A DNA stretch of 64,000 bases from an uncultured Gammaproteobacteria bacterium (GCA_964391315.1 CAYMJR010000001.1:141983-205982), one strand, 5' to 3'; shown: positions 1-9,464, numbered from the stretch's first letter. Notes: generated from the sequence alone by a model not told the origin. Translations and numbers: made by a program.

Positions 1-76
1 TAATCTCAACTTTTATATCAGATAAGGGAACTTCTGTCATTCCAAATTGTTGCAACATATCTGTTTCTACTATCAT
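1..76 (-). CDS. possible 5' end of a gene that continues beyond the window
   Basis: ATG at 76..74 on the minus strand, 28 bp downstream of mreB. The frame stays open to position 1 (MIVETDMLQQFGMTEVPLSDIKVEI...). No recognisable motif. Confidence 0.2.
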   Translation of the reverse strand, partial: MIVETDMLQQFGMTEVPLSDIKVEI

Positions 77-104
77 TCTTTTCGTTCAAAATTTATTTAT
101 TCGC

Positions 105-1232
105 TTATTTCAGCCCACCTATGACTTTTACTTTTTCCAAAATTTCTTCATTCTCAACGACCTTTCCTGCACCGCGGACTACTGATGTCAATGGATCTTC
201 AGAGACAACAACAGGTAAATGGACTCTTTCGACAATCAATTGATCAAGACCTGAAAGCAGCGCTCCTCCACCTGTCAGAAGAATTCCCTGTTCCAAAATA
301 TCTGGTAAGAGTTCTGGTGGTGTTTCTTCCAGAACATCGGCAATCGCCTGAATAATTTGTGTCACAATCGGTGAAAGCGCTTCACGAACATCAGGTTCGG
401 CAATACGGATACTTCGGGGAAGTCCTGTTTCAATATCCCGTCCCCGGACAATCATCATCTTCTCTCCCCGCTCATTCTCCTCATCACTTCCTTCAACTTT
501 TGATTTTTGCCCTGCGCTTGCTGAACGGGTGACTTTTGACTTCGTTGCATATGCGCTTCCAATCTTAATCTTAATATCTTCAGAGGTCTTCTCACCAATA
601 AGCAAACCGTGACGAAGCCTCAAATAATGCAAAATTGCATCATTCATATCATCACCTGCAAGTTTGAGTGACCGGCCGACAACAATACCCCCAAGTGAAA
701 TAACCGCAATTTCAGTCGTTCCACCGCCGATGTCAACGACCATCACTCCTTTTGACTGAAAAACAGAAATATTTTCTCCAATCGCAGCAGCCATCGGTTC
801 TTCAATCAGATATGCTTCCCGCGCTCCCGCTGTCAACGCGGCCTCCCATACAGCGCGTCTTTCAACTTCAGTTACTGATGATGGAATACCGATAACCACT
901 TTTGGTTTGGCAAGAAGCCTGGGTAATGGATTTCCCAGTTCGTGTACCTGCTTGATGTAATAACGGATCATCGCCTCCGTTGCATCAAAATCAGAAATTA
1001 CTCCTCCACGAAGTGGTCTGATCGTTATTATTGTTGCAGGAGTTTTCCCAAGCATTTTTTTTGCTTCAGAACCAATCGCGATAATTCGTTTTGTCTTTTT
1101 ATGTCGTGCAACAATTGAAGGTTCGCGGATTGCAATACCTTTACTTTTAACAAACACTAACGTATTTGCAGTACCAAGATCAATACCAATATCATAAGAA
1201 AATAAACTGTAAAACTTATTGAATACGTTCAT
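105..1232 (-). CDS. mreB: rod shape-determining protein MreB (paralog 1), with a ~28-aa insertion
   Basis: Actin-fold motifs (IGIDLGTANT, GGGTTE, LTGGGA). Collinear with the second mreB at 60002..61045 except for a K/S/E-rich insertion (KSKVTRSASAGQKSKVEGSDEENERGEK). Confidence 0.9.
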   Translation of the reverse strand: MNVFNKFYSLFSYDIGIDLGTANTLVFVKSKGIAIREPSIVARHKKTKRIIAIGSEAKKMLGKTPATIITIRPLRGGVISDFDATEAMIRYYIKQVHELGNPLPRLLAKPKVVIGIPSSVTEVERRAVWEAALTAGAREAYLIEEPMAAAIGENISVFQSKGVMVVDIGGGTTEIAVISLGGIVVGRSLKLAGDDMNDAILHYLRLRHGLLIGEKTSEDIKIKIGSAYATKSKVTRSASAGQKSKVEGSDEENERGEKMMIVRGRDIETGLPRSIRIAEPDVREALSPIVTQIIQAIADVLEETPPELLPDILEQGILLTGGGALLSGLDQLIVERVHLPVVVSEDPLTSVVRGAGKVVENEEILEKVKVIGGLK

Positions 1233-1349
1233 ATATCTCTATTGAGGCAGGACTTTACGAGCACCCTCATTCTACCAACTTGCCTCAAGTATGTAAACTA
1301 GTTATGGCTTGTTCAGTATTTATCAATATGATAGGATGAGTAAAGGTTT

Positions 1350-3617
1350 ATGATTTCTTTCTGCAACAACATCATAAAATATTCTATTTACCTTCTTTTC
1401 TTCCTTGTTCCACTTATTTTTGCCGGTAACACTTCAGAACTTTTTGAACTTAATAAAATGTGGATCACTTTTGGACTCACAATTATTGTTGGCGTTGCCT
1501 GGATTACTAAGATGATTCTTGAAAAAAGAGTCTCAATCCAAAGAACACCCCTTGATATTCCGATACTCCTGTTTCTCCTCTCCCAAATCATCTCAACAAT
1601 TTTTTCACTTGATCAACAAGTCTCATTATGGGGATATTACTCGCGATTTAACGGCGGCCTTTTTTCAACAGTCTGTTATGTGTTGTTGTTCTATGCAATT
1701 GCTTCACACTTTTCAGTCAAAAATATCTTTACCCTTTTGAAAGTTACACTTGCAGGCTGCCTTGCAACCGCTTTGTGGGGCTTTCCCTCCCATTTTGGTT
1801 ACGATCCTACCTGTCTTGTTTTCCGAGGAACGTTAGATACAAATTGTTGGACATATCAGTTCCAACCAACTGTCCGTGTTTTCTCAACGCTCGGGCAGCC
1901 GGCATGGTTTGCAGCCTATCTTGCCGCACTGATTCCGATTGTTATCGCCTATACATTAAACTGCTATAAAAACACCACAAAATATTGGCTCTATCTTATT
2001 TTTGCTGCTCTTTTATATCTTGACCTTATTTTTGCACATACGAGAGCAGGATCTATAGGATTTGTTCTTGTTTACGTTATCTTTTGGATATTCGTTTTTG
2101 TCCAAAAGATTTTCACTTTTAAAATTTTTCTTCGTAATTTTATTATCATTAATATATTTTTACTTCTCTCAAACTTCTTTTTTGGGTTTCCTGTCGATAA
2201 TCTTAACACCTTCACTTTTTCCGGATTAACAAATCATTTCTCACAACACCAATCTGCTCCTCCTGCACCAGCTGCTCTTCAGCCATCTACCACTCCGTCT
2301 TCAAAAGCGCCACAACCAACACTAGAAACCGGTATTACCGATTCCGGCATTATCCGAGAATTTGTTTGGAAAGGAGCAATTGATGCATGGAAATCAAGTC
2401 CGCTTTTTGGAACTGGAGTTGAGACCTATGCTTTCGCCTATTACAAATTCCGACCTGCAGGGCACAACATGACATCAGAATGGGATTATCTTTACAATAA
2501 AGCTCACAATGAATATCTTAATTATTTAGCAACAACAGGACTATTTGGTTTAGGAACCTATCTTGCCTTCATTTTTATCTTTATTTTTTTGGTTCTCAAA
2601 CCTATTACAAAGTCTTTGTTCAAAGGATCTACTTTTGTACTTGCCCGCTATAACAGTGAAGTAATGAAAGATCCAAAGAGTATAAAAACAGAATTATTGA
2701 CAATAGGTATCTTTACTGGTTGGCTTTCAATTCTCATTACGAATTTCTTTGGATTTTCAGTTGTTATCATGAATCTCTTTCTCTTTCTTATGCCCCTTTT
2801 CATTTTTATTCTCAACGATATGCTTCCCGAAAAGACATTTTCATTCGGCGCCGAGACTTCTGAATCCCCTCAGACAAACCCTTACCAATGGACAGTTATT
2901 GCCCTCATTACAATTATTGCAGGATGGATGATTGTCGGTCTTGCAAGATATTGGGATGCTGATACCAAATATGCTCTCGGCATGAACCTTGATGGTGTCG
3001 GAAGTTACCAGCAAGCATATCCACTTCTTTTACAAGCAGCAATGATCGAACCAAACGAACCAGTGTATAAAGATGAACTTGCGATTAATACCTCAGTTCT
3101 TGCAACAGCACTTGCAGTACAAAAAGACCAAACCAGCGCAAATCAATTTATGAACAACGCCATTAAATTAAGTGATGATGTCGTCACAAGTCACCCAAAC
3201 AATGTCGTCTATTGGAAAAACCGTGTCAGAATTTTCTACACACTTGCTCAAGCTGCTGACCCACAACAACAGCTTGCTTACTTTCAGGAAGCCCTGAAGG
3301 CTATCCAGACAGCACATGACCTTGCACCAACTGATGCAAAGATTTCCTACAATCTTGGTGTTCTTTACGGACAGACAGGAAACATCCAACAAGGGATAGG
3401 AATACTGCAAGATACAATTAAATTAAAGCCGGATTATCGTGACCCATATTTCGCGCTTGGCCTTTTCTACCACCAATTAGCACTTAATCAAAATAATTAT
3501 GTCGTAAATCCTGCGATGCAACAAAAAGCAGTTGATACATATAAATATATCCTCACGAATCTTAATCCAAACGACCAAGAAGTCAAAAAAAGTCTTAAAG
3601 ACTGGGGCGTGAAATAA
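1350..3617 (+). CDS. O-antigen ligase (Wzy_C)-like polytopic membrane protein with C-terminal TPR repeats
   Basis: More than 10 predicted TM helices. Wzy_C-like loop (NKAHNEYLNYLATTGLFG). C-terminal TPR-like repeats (ISYNLGVLYGQTGNIQQGIGIL...DPYFALGLFY). Confidence 0.7.
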   Translation: MISFCNNIIKYSIYLLFFLVPLIFAGNTSELFELNKMWITFGLTIIVGVAWITKMILEKRVSIQRTPLDIPILLFLLSQIISTIFSLDQQVSLWGYYSRFNGGLFSTVCYVLLFYAIASHFSVKNIFTLLKVTLAGCLATALWGFPSHFGYDPTCLVFRGTLDTNCWTYQFQPTVRVFSTLGQPAWFAAYLAALIPIVIAYTLNCYKNTTKYWLYLIFAALLYLDLIFAHTRAGSIGFVLVYVIFWIFVFVQKIFTFKIFLRNFIIINIFLLLSNFFFGFPVDNLNTFTFSGLTNHFSQHQSAPPAPAALQPSTTPSSKAPQPTLETGITDSGIIREFVWKGAIDAWKSSPLFGTGVETYAFAYYKFRPAGHNMTSEWDYLYNKAHNEYLNYLATTGLFGLGTYLAFIFIFIFLVLKPITKSLFKGSTFVLARYNSEVMKDPKSIKTELLTIGIFTGWLSILITNFFGFSVVIMNLFLFLMPLFIFILNDMLPEKTFSFGAETSESPQTNPYQWTVIALITIIAGWMIVGLARYWDADTKYALGMNLDGVGSYQQAYPLLLQAAMIEPNEPVYKDELAINTSVLATALAVQKDQTSANQFMNNAIKLSDDVVTSHPNNVVYWKNRVRIFYTLAQAADPQQQLAYFQEALKAIQTAHDLAPTDAKISYNLGVLYGQTGNIQQGIGILQDTIKLKPDYRDPYFALGLFYHQLALNQNNYVVNPAMQQKAVDTYKYILTNLNPNDQEVKKSLKDWGVK

Positions 3618-3643
3618 TCTTTAAATTCTTATTCTCCTATAGT

Positions 3644-3649
3644 ATAATA
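3644..3649 (+). promoter_or_regulatory. -10 element (TATAAT) upstream of def-fmt
   Basis: TATAAT lies 12 nt upstream of the def ATG. TTAAAT is 17 bp further upstream and is a weak -35. Confidence 0.35.
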
Positions 3650-3660
3650 CTGTCTCAGCT

Positions 3661-4224
3661 ATGATGAAAATTGTTCAAGCACCAGAAAGAGTTCTTGCCG
3701 AAAAAGCAAAAGAAGTGACTATTATCGATAAGTCTGTTAAAAACCTCCTGAAAGAAATGGAGGTCACCCTTGCAAGTGCATCAGACCCTGAAGGAGTTGG
3801 CTTAGCAGCCCCACAAGTGGGAAAATCATTACAAATCTTTATTGTCCGTGAGACACCAAATGCTCCTCTCCTCACAATTATTAATCCAAAAATTGAAAAA
3901 TTCTTTGATGAACCCAAAAAGTCCCGTAAAGAACGAACCGAAGAAAATAAGAAAAAGGGCGTCCAATTGGAAGGTTGTCTTTCCCTCAAAGATATCTGGG
4001 GCGTTGTCAAAAGACATTATGGTGTCGAACTCTCCTATCTTGATGAACATGGTGAAAAACATACTCAGAAATTCACCGGATTTCTTGCAACCATCATGCA
4101 GCATGAATATGATCATCTCCAAGGATTTCTTTTTACCAAACGCGTACTCGAACAGAAGAACACGCTCTACCGTTCTATCAAAAATGCAAAAGGTGAAATA
4201 GAATTTGAAGAAATTTCGCTATAA
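3661..4224 (+). CDS. def: peptide deformylase
   Basis: GVGLAAPQVG, EGCLS and QHEYDHLQG motifs. Carries a K/E-rich insert. Immediately followed by fmt. Confidence 0.9.
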   Translation: MMKIVQAPERVLAEKAKEVTIIDKSVKNLLKEMEVTLASASDPEGVGLAAPQVGKSLQIFIVRETPNAPLLTIINPKIEKFFDEPKKSRKERTEENKKKGVQLEGCLSLKDIWGVVKRHYGVELSYLDEHGEKHTQKFTGFLATIMQHEYDHLQGFLFTKRVLEQKNTLYRSIKNAKGEIEFEEISL

Positions 4225-4233
4225 TAAAACTAC

Positions 4234-5076
4234 ATGAACATCATCTTTTTCGGTAACACCAAATACTCCCTGATCGGTGCCCAAACTATCCATAACCAAC
4301 TTGGAATCTCCCACATCGTTACCATTCCTGATCGTCCTGATAAACGCGGACGCATGCAAGAAAGTCCACTCAAAACCTTTGGTAAGGACAATAATATATC
4401 TGTCATTGAAGTCAACAAAATAACTGATGAAACGATTGAACAAATTGCAGCACTCAAACCAGATTTTTTTGTGGTTGAAGATTATGGTTTGATTCTACCG
4501 GAAAAACTTTTGGAAATTCCAAAAATCGCAGCGCTTAATATCCACCATTCCCTACTTCCTAAATATCGTGGTTCCTCTCCTGCTCCAACAGCACTTTTGA
4601 ATGGCGACAAAGTAACAGGAGTCAGTGTTATCAAAATGACAGCAAAGCTTGATGCTGGAGATATCCTCGGACAAAAAGAATATGAAATAAAACGAGATGA
4701 CACAACTGAATCTTTGTTAACGGTACTTAACCAACTTGGTGGCGAATTAATCGTCCCTCTTCTTAAAGATTATGCAAACATCAAAGCAGTACCGCAAGAT
4801 GAATCACAAGTAGTCTTTACCAAAATGATGAAAAAAGAAAATGGCTACATTGATGTAAATACTCCTCCTCAATTAGAAAAACTTGACCGAATGATCCGTG
4901 CGTATTATCCCTGGCCGACTGTATGGACAAAAATGACAATCAACGGGCAGGAAAAGATTGTCAAATTCTTACCAGGCAACAAACTGCAGGTTGAAGGCAA
5001 AAATCCAATGACTGTAAAGGATTTTATCAACGGTTATCCTCATCTACAATCAACCCTCACTCGTTTAGGATACTAA
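4234..5076 (+). CDS. fmt: methionyl-tRNA formyltransferase
   Basis: Formyl-transferase N-domain (NIHHSLLPKYRGSSP) plus a C-terminal domain. Standard def-fmt synteny. Confidence 0.85.
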   Translation: MNIIFFGNTKYSLIGAQTIHNQLGISHIVTIPDRPDKRGRMQESPLKTFGKDNNISVIEVNKITDETIEQIAALKPDFFVVEDYGLILPEKLLEIPKIAALNIHHSLLPKYRGSSPAPTALLNGDKVTGVSVIKMTAKLDAGDILGQKEYEIKRDDTTESLLTVLNQLGGELIVPLLKDYANIKAVPQDESQVVFTKMMKKENGYIDVNTPPQLEKLDRMIRAYYPWPTVWTKMTINGQEKIVKFLPGNKLQVEGKNPMTVKDFINGYPHLQSTLTRLGY

Positions 5077-5183
5077 ATTTAAATTGAATCTTCAGAATTG
5101 GGTAAAGGCACGACCTTCTCAATCACTCTGCCGACAACAAAAAAACAAATGAGTATTCCCGCATCTACACAAAGTTAGAAGTA

Positions 5184-5432
5184 TTAAGCTGTAGCAACTT
5201 CTGGGGTTTGCGTAACTTCTACTGTCTGTTTGGAAGCAACAGCATCTGCAGCAGCCTGCTTGAACATACGAAGACATTTTACGCACAATTTCATACGGAC
5301 ATAGTTGCCATCAATAAGAATTCTTGCTGTATGCAAGTTTGGTTTGAAGATTTTTCGGGTTCGACGCTTTGAGTGAGACACATTGTGTCCATACATAACA
5401 CCTTTACCGCAATTAGCACATTTCATTCCCAT
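5184..5432 (-). CDS. rpmB: 50S ribosomal protein L28
   Basis: MKCANCGKGVMYGHNVSHSKRRTRKIFKPNL is the L28 signature. Confidence 0.85.
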   Translation of the reverse strand: MGMKCANCGKGVMYGHNVSHSKRRTRKIFKPNLHTARILIDGNYVRMKLCVKCLRMFKQAAADAVASKQTVEVTQTPEVATA

Positions 5433-5514
5433 AGACTTTTTCCTTTCCTGCTAGTATACTAAAAACCAAGCTAAAATTCAAATAGCAAAGCTAACTCAAG
5501 AAAAATGAACCACT

Positions 5515-6165
5515 ATGGAAATCTTAGGCGCTATCATTAGTCTCGGTATCTTACTTTACTCAGCAATTCTTCATGAAATCGCCCATGGATTTGTCGCCTA
5601 CCGCCTTGGTGATCCAACAGCTAAACTCCGTGGTCGTCTGACGCTCAATCCCAAAAGTCATATTGACCTCTACATGAGTATTCTTTTACCACTGTTACTT
5701 TTTGTTGGATCTGGTGGACGATTTATTTTCGGTGGTGCCAAACCAGTGCCTGTTGATCCTTTTAACCTAAGAGACGGTAGAAAAGATCTTGCTTTGGTCT
5801 CACTCGTTGGTCCGCTTACCAATATCATTCTTGCGATTGTTGGAAGTATCCTGATTCACATTTTCTATCCAGGAATGCAATTTACAGAGGTTCTTAACAG
5901 TGGCATTATCGGATTTATTCTGGCAGAGACTGTCTATCTTAATCTTTTACTTGGTATTTTTAACTTGGTACCCATCCCTCCACTTGATGGCTCCAAAGTT
6001 TTTGCCCTCATTTTGCCGCCAAAAGAAGCAGCTGCATACATGTCTCTGGGGAATTTTGGACTACTGTTTCTTGTCTTCTTATTATTTTTCCCACTCGGAG
6101 GTTTTTCACTTATGGGTTTGGTAACCAGCATTATCTCCTTCTCCCTCAACCTCCTAGGTTTGTAA
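5515..6165 (+). CDS. site-2 protease family (peptidase M50) membrane metalloprotease
   Basis: HEIAHG (HExxH) in a TM helix and an NLVPIPPLDG (LDG) motif. Multiple TM helices. Confidence 0.7.
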   Translation: MEILGAIISLGILLYSAILHEIAHGFVAYRLGDPTAKLRGRLTLNPKSHIDLYMSILLPLLLFVGSGGRFIFGGAKPVPVDPFNLRDGRKDLALVSLVGPLTNIILAIVGSILIHIFYPGMQFTEVLNSGIIGFILAETVYLNLLLGIFNLVPIPPLDGSKVFALILPPKEAAAYMSLGNFGLLFLVFLLFFPLGGFSLMGLVTSIISFSLNLLGL

Positions 6166-6195
6166 AAAAACCCTTTTTCCCGAATTGTCAAGGAA

Positions 6196-6224
6196 TTGAC
6201 ATTCGTTTCTTACAGTTTTATACT
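6196..6224 (+). promoter_or_regulatory. sigma70-type promoter TTGACA-17-TATACT
   Basis: -35 TTGACA at 6196..6201, 17-bp spacer, -10 TATACT at 6219..6224. It sits ~300 nt upstream of tRNA-Thr. Confidence 0.5.
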
Positions 6225-6532
6225 AACTTAGCTCTTTGATATTGGTTATTGGTTGTAGAATTTTTTCTCTACAAATTCATAAATCCTGAGGTACTACCCT
6301 GCGATTCGTGGAGGTAGAACGAGACGAATTTTGTTCGTCCGAGGACGAATAAAGAGTCTTCCTATATATAGGTCGGGGAAAAAAGCAACTAATTCCGTAT
6401 CTAAAGAGCAGAACTTATTTTTCACTTGGAATCCAAACCATACACGCCATGCGCGTGCTATGGTTGTTTTTATATTGGGGTTGTTTCAGGTTCCACTGTT
6501 TGGTAAAATTACTGGTGGGATATTTGTATCTC

Positions 6533-6604
6533 GCCGACATAGCTCAGTGGTAGAGCAGTGCTTTTGTAAAGCAAAGGTCGTGGGTTCAAATCCCTCTGTC
6601 GGCT
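6533..6604 (+). tRNA. tRNA-Thr (anticodon TGT), no encoded CCA
   Basis: Hand-folded cloverleaf. Acceptor GCCGACA/TGTCGGC, D-arm GCTC-AGTGGTA-GAGC, anticodon loop TTTGTAA, T-arm GTGGG-TTCAAAT-CCCTC. Confidence 0.8.
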
Positions 6605-6730
6605 CAAGATATTTTTATGACTACCTGCCTAACATGTCATAATAAGTTACTAAGACCTTCTTATAAATATTGTTCTAATAAATGTCAGAAGGATCACGAA
6701 TACAAAAAGTATATTAAAAATAATTCAAAA

Positions 6731-6817
6731 GCTGGATTGGCGGAGTAGTCAATCGCACCTCGCTGTAGACGAGGCGGCCGTCGGCCTACGGGAGTGCAAA
6801 TCTCTCATCCAGCACCA
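6731..6817 (+). tRNA. tRNA-Tyr (anticodon GTA), long variable arm, encoded CCA
   Basis: Acceptor GCTGGAT/ATCCAGC. Anticodon stem CCTCG/CGAGG with loop CTGTAGA. 13-nt variable arm CGGCC-GTC-GGCC. 3' ACCA. The T-loop TGCAAAT is atypical. Confidence 0.75.
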
Positions 6818-6819
6818 AT

Positions 6820-6894
6820 GCCCAAATGGCTCAGTGGTAGAGCGAGTTCTTGGTAAGAACTAGGCCGTGGGTCCGATTCCCACTTTGGGCTCCA
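6820..6894 (+). tRNA. tRNA-Thr (anticodon GGT), encoded CCA
   Basis: Acceptor GCCCAAA/TTTGGGC. Anticodon stem AGTTC/GAACT with loop TTGGTAA. T-arm GTGGG-TCCGATT-CCCAC. Confidence 0.75.
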
Positions 6895-6921
6895 AGAACT
6901 TCACAACAAATAAACTAACTC

Positions 6922-6950
6922 TTCACTTCACGCTCATGATATGGTAAAAT
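6922..6950 (+). promoter_or_regulatory. promoter with extended -10 (TGgTAAAAT) for rpmG
   Basis: TTCACT, 17-bp spacer, TAAAAT with an upstream TG. It lies 12 nt before the rpmG ATG. Confidence 0.4.
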
Positions 6951-6961
6951 AGGAAAATCTT

Positions 6962-7138
6962 ATGGCAAAAAAGGGCGAACATCGTATTACATTAGGTCTT
7001 GTCTGTTCTGTTTGTAAAAACAGAAATTATGTCACGACCAAAAATAAAATGGAAACTCCTGAGAAATTAAAGCTCAACAAATTCTGCAAACACTGCAGAA
7101 AGGTAACAGAACACAAAGAAGTTGAGAAACTCAAATAA
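6962..7138 (+). CDS. rpmG: 50S ribosomal protein L33
   Basis: 58 aa, [29 protein letters not shown]...[13 protein letters not shown], with an L33 Cys4 zinc ribbon. It falls below the ORF-track size cutoff. Confidence 0.8.
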   Translation: MAKKGEHRITLGLVCSVCKNRNYVTTKNKMETPEKLKLNKFCKHCRKVTEHKEVEKLK

Positions 7139-7167
7139 TCTCCTCTTTTCCCTGCTATACTAGATAA

Positions 7168-8067
7168 ATGAATTTATCCCAATCACGCCAAGGAGAGTTA
7201 TACATTTTTGGTGAAACCTTCCTCTGGTCACTTTTTCCCGTCATAACAGTTCTCTCTTATAACACCCTTCCAGCGCTTATTTCTTTACTTCTTAGCACAT
7301 TCTTTTCTCTCTTCTTTTTTGGAGTTCTTATCGCAAAAAGAAATCTCTGGCATGAGATTGGGAATAAAAAGGCCTACAAAGATATTATGCTTACTACCTT
7401 ATTCCTTGGCATTATCTATTACCTGCTTGTCTTTGTTGGACTGCAATACACACGTCCTGGCAATGCCGCGATTATTGGTCTGACCCAAGGCTTTTTCAGT
7501 TTTCTGTTCTTTCATGTCTTCAGACGGGAGCATATTCCGTCAGCGCATATTTTTGGAGGACTATTTATGATCTGTGGAGCAATCATTGTGCTTGCGTCCA
7601 GTTTTCATGCAATCCATCCGGGAGATCTTCTAATCCTTCTTGCGAATGCGATAGCGCCATTTGGTAACTTTTACGCACAAAAAGCCCGTAAATATGTCGC
7701 CAGTGAGATCATTATGTTTATCAGAAGTATTCTCAGTTCAATCGTTATTTTTTCCCTTGCTTTAATTGTCCATACGCCAATCTCCCTTCCAGCAATCAAC
7801 AGCTCACTTCCCTTTCTCCTTATCAATGGCATCCTGCTTCTGGGTTTGTCAAAAATTCTCTGGATTGAAGGCATTCACCGAATAAGTGTTACCAAAGCCA
7901 ATGCGTTAACTAGTGTAGAACCTCTATTGACGCTGTCTTTTGCTTGGCTACTGTTGCAACAAGCTCCAACACCATGGCAGCTCCTCTCACTCATTCCAAT
8001 TTGTGCCGGGGTACTATTATTGAGTAGAAATAATATCAAACCTCAAATCACCCCAGTAGCGGATTAA
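7168..8067 (+). CDS. EamA/DMT-family (drug/metabolite) transporter
   Basis: About 10 TM helices and two EamA-like halves. Confidence 0.65.
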   Translation: MNLSQSRQGELYIFGETFLWSLFPVITVLSYNTLPALISLLLSTFFSLFFFGVLIAKRNLWHEIGNKKAYKDIMLTTLFLGIIYYLLVFVGLQYTRPGNAAIIGLTQGFFSFLFFHVFRREHIPSAHIFGGLFMICGAIIVLASSFHAIHPGDLLILLANAIAPFGNFYAQKARKYVASEIIMFIRSILSSIVIFSLALIVHTPISLPAINSSLPFLLINGILLLGLSKILWIEGIHRISVTKANALTSVEPLLTLSFAWLLLQQAPTPWQLLSLIPICAGVLLLSRNNIKPQITPVAD

Positions 8068-8091
8068 ACTCTCCTGCAGTAATAAATTAAA

Positions 8092-8120
8092 TTGCAAAAG
8101 AAGTCTTCGCAAGATATAAT
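8092..8120 (+). promoter_or_regulatory. sigma70-type promoter TTGCAA-17-TATAAT for tRNA-Trp
   Basis: -35 at 8092..8097, 17-bp spacer, -10 at 8115..8120. It lies ~28 nt upstream of the tRNA. Confidence 0.55.
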
Positions 8121-8148
8121 GCTTGTACACTCAATTCAAACTAAATCT

Positions 8149-8219
8149 AGGGGCATCGGTTAACGGTAAACCAGCGGTCTCCAAAACCGCGACTGGGGGT
8201 TCGATTCCCTCTGCCCCTG
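8149..8219 (+). tRNA. tRNA-Trp (anticodon CCA)
   Basis: Acceptor AGGGGCA/TGCCCCT. D-arm GGTT-AACGGTA-AACC. Anticodon stem GCGGT/ACCGC with loop CTCCAAA. T-arm GGGGG-TTCGATT-CCCTC. Confidence 0.8.
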
Positions 8220-8310
8220 CTGCACTCCCTAGCCTCAAATTGTGATTTTCCTCAAGCACAAATTTTATATACCCGCAGAGTGATTCGAACCTAACTCCTA
8301 TAAATAAAAA

Positions 8311-8338
8311 AACTCCGCCTATGAAGACGGAGTTTTTA
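8311..8338. terminator. bidirectional intrinsic terminator (tRNA-Trp / hsp20)
   Basis: Hairpin ACTCCG(8312..8317)-N10-CGGAGT(8328..8333). It is flanked by A-run 8304..8311 and T-run 8333..8337, so it reads as hairpin plus U-tract on both strands. Confidence 0.5.
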
Positions 8339-8356
8339 ATTTGAAAGAGTTATTTG

Positions 8357-8803
8357 TTATTTTTCGCTACCTGATTCTAATTGGATCTGAATCTTTTTAG
8401 GCTGCGATTTTGGAGACTTCGCAAAAGCAACTGTCATGATACCGTGCTTATAAGTTGCCGAAGGATCAACAGTTGTATCAATATCTCCAGGCACAGCTAC
8501 TCGATAGGAGAAAGATTTTGTTGCTTCTCTATAATATTTCCTATTCTTGTCTTTATCTTCCTCTCTTATTTCACCTCTGATCCAGAGATACCCATCTTGG
8601 GTGGTAATCTCTACATTTTTTGGATCAATACCCGGTAGAGCAGCCTCAATGTATACTTTTTTATCGTCCTCTGATACAGAGAGTCCACTTGGGCTACTTG
8701 GTGCAGTTAGCCAATCATCATCTTCATTCCAGATGGATGGCATTTGTATTGATGGAAATGTAAAAAAATTTCTGGGAATGAGATCGTATGCCATTTTGCT
8801 CAC
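8357..8803 (-). CDS. small heat-shock protein (Hsp20/alpha-crystallin family)
   Basis: Alpha-crystallin domain (YLWIRGEIREE...FSYRVAVPGDIDTTVDPSATYKHGIMTVAF). Confidence 0.8.
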   Translation of the reverse strand: MSKMAYDLIPRNFFTFPSIQMPSIWNEDDDWLTAPSSPSGLSVSEDDKKVYIEAALPGIDPKNVEITTQDGYLWIRGEIREEDKDKNRKYYREATKSFSYRVAVPGDIDTTVDPSATYKHGIMTVAFAKSPKSQPKKIQIQLESGSEK

Positions 8804-8900
8804 CTCCTTCCTTAAAAAATCTTTATATTAGCAATAATATACTACGAGTGCTAATTCTTTGTCAAGAGGAATTTTTCCTTAGTTTATTAAAGATTGAAAT

Positions 8901-8937
8901 AATACGTTCCAACAAAGTTGCTTAGCCCCTGCTGCAC
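8901..8937. repeat. intergenic repeat R1 (AATACGTTCCAACAAAGTTGCTTAG) fused to a 13-bp copy of the tRNA-Trp 3' end (GCCCCTGCTGCAC)
   Basis: The 22-bp core is identical to R2. It contains the palindrome CAAC-AAA-GTTG. Positions 8925..8937 are identical to 8213..8225. Confidence 0.6.
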
Positions 8938-8970
8938 AGACTCGAACCTCTTTGGTATAATTCTTCTACT

Positions 8971-9417
8971 TTGAAACTTCAAACTGAAAAACAGATTATT
9001 TTAGAGTTCTTGCAATCTCAAGTTTTAGCTACAATCTCCACTGTCAATAAAAAAACACATAAGCCTGAATCAGCTCTTGTTGCATTTGCTGAATTAGAGA
9101 CCCTGGAACTTATCTTTATTACACGAGTAGGATCACGTAAATTTATAAATCTTATGGAAAATAAACATGTTTCGATGGTTATTGGTTGGAATCCAAAGCA
9201 TTGGAAGACATTGCAATATGAAGGAGATGCATATGCAATAAACGAAAAAGATTATCCAAGGTATAAAACGTTTTTCGCCAAGAAAAAAGATACCCCTTGT
9301 ACTGAAGAATTTCTATCAAACACTCTTATGAGGTATTTTAAAATTAAACCAACATGGATTGGCTTTTCTGATTTTACAGGTAAAAAACCATCTGTTATTG
9401 AAATAAAAAATTTCTAA
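8971..9417 (+). CDS. pyridoxamine 5'-phosphate oxidase-like FMN-binding protein (general stress protein 26-like)
   Basis: Split-barrel PNPOx-family pattern (ILEFLQ..VLATISTVN...HVSMVIGWNP...YEGDA). The start is apparently TTG. Confidence 0.55.
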   Translation: MKLQTEKQIILEFLQSQVLATISTVNKKTHKPESALVAFAELETLELIFITRVGSRKFINLMENKHVSMVIGWNPKHWKTLQYEGDAYAINEKDYPRYKTFFAKKKDTPCTEEFLSNTLMRYFKIKPTWIGFSDFTGKKPSVIEIKNF

Positions 9418-9449
9418 AATACGTTCCAACAAAGTTGCTCAGTGCCTGC
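9418..9449. repeat. intergenic repeat R2
   Basis: AATACGTTCCAACAAAGTTGCTCAGTGCCTGC begins 1 nt after the PNPOx-like stop codon. 31 of ~36 positions match R1. Confidence 0.6.
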
Positions 9450-9464
9450 AAGAAATTTTTTATA

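Noticed and set aside
1388-1969. Short ORFs overlapping the 5' part of the O-antigen-ligase-like gene (1388..1591-, 1519..1740+, 1775..1969+)
   Set aside because: They are embedded in or antisense to a long, well-supported membrane-protein CDS and have no independent signals.
6230-6530. Possibility of SRP RNA, 6S RNA, tmRNA or RNase P RNA in the long leader before the tRNA cluster
   Set aside because: No conserved cores could be found by eye (SRP domain IV GGAAGCAG-type motif, tmRNA tag region, RNase P P4). Left as an unassigned leader.
6331-6642. 103-aa ORF in the ORF track
   Set aside because: It overlaps tRNA-Thr (6533..6604) in-frame and lies in a structured leader. Most likely spurious.
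8270-8296. TCGAACC-containing segments (also 8937..8955) resembling a reverse-complemented tRNA T-arm
   Set aside because: I could not fold either into a T-stem/acceptor pair on either strand. They are probably short duplicated flank sequence rather than tRNA genes or fragments.
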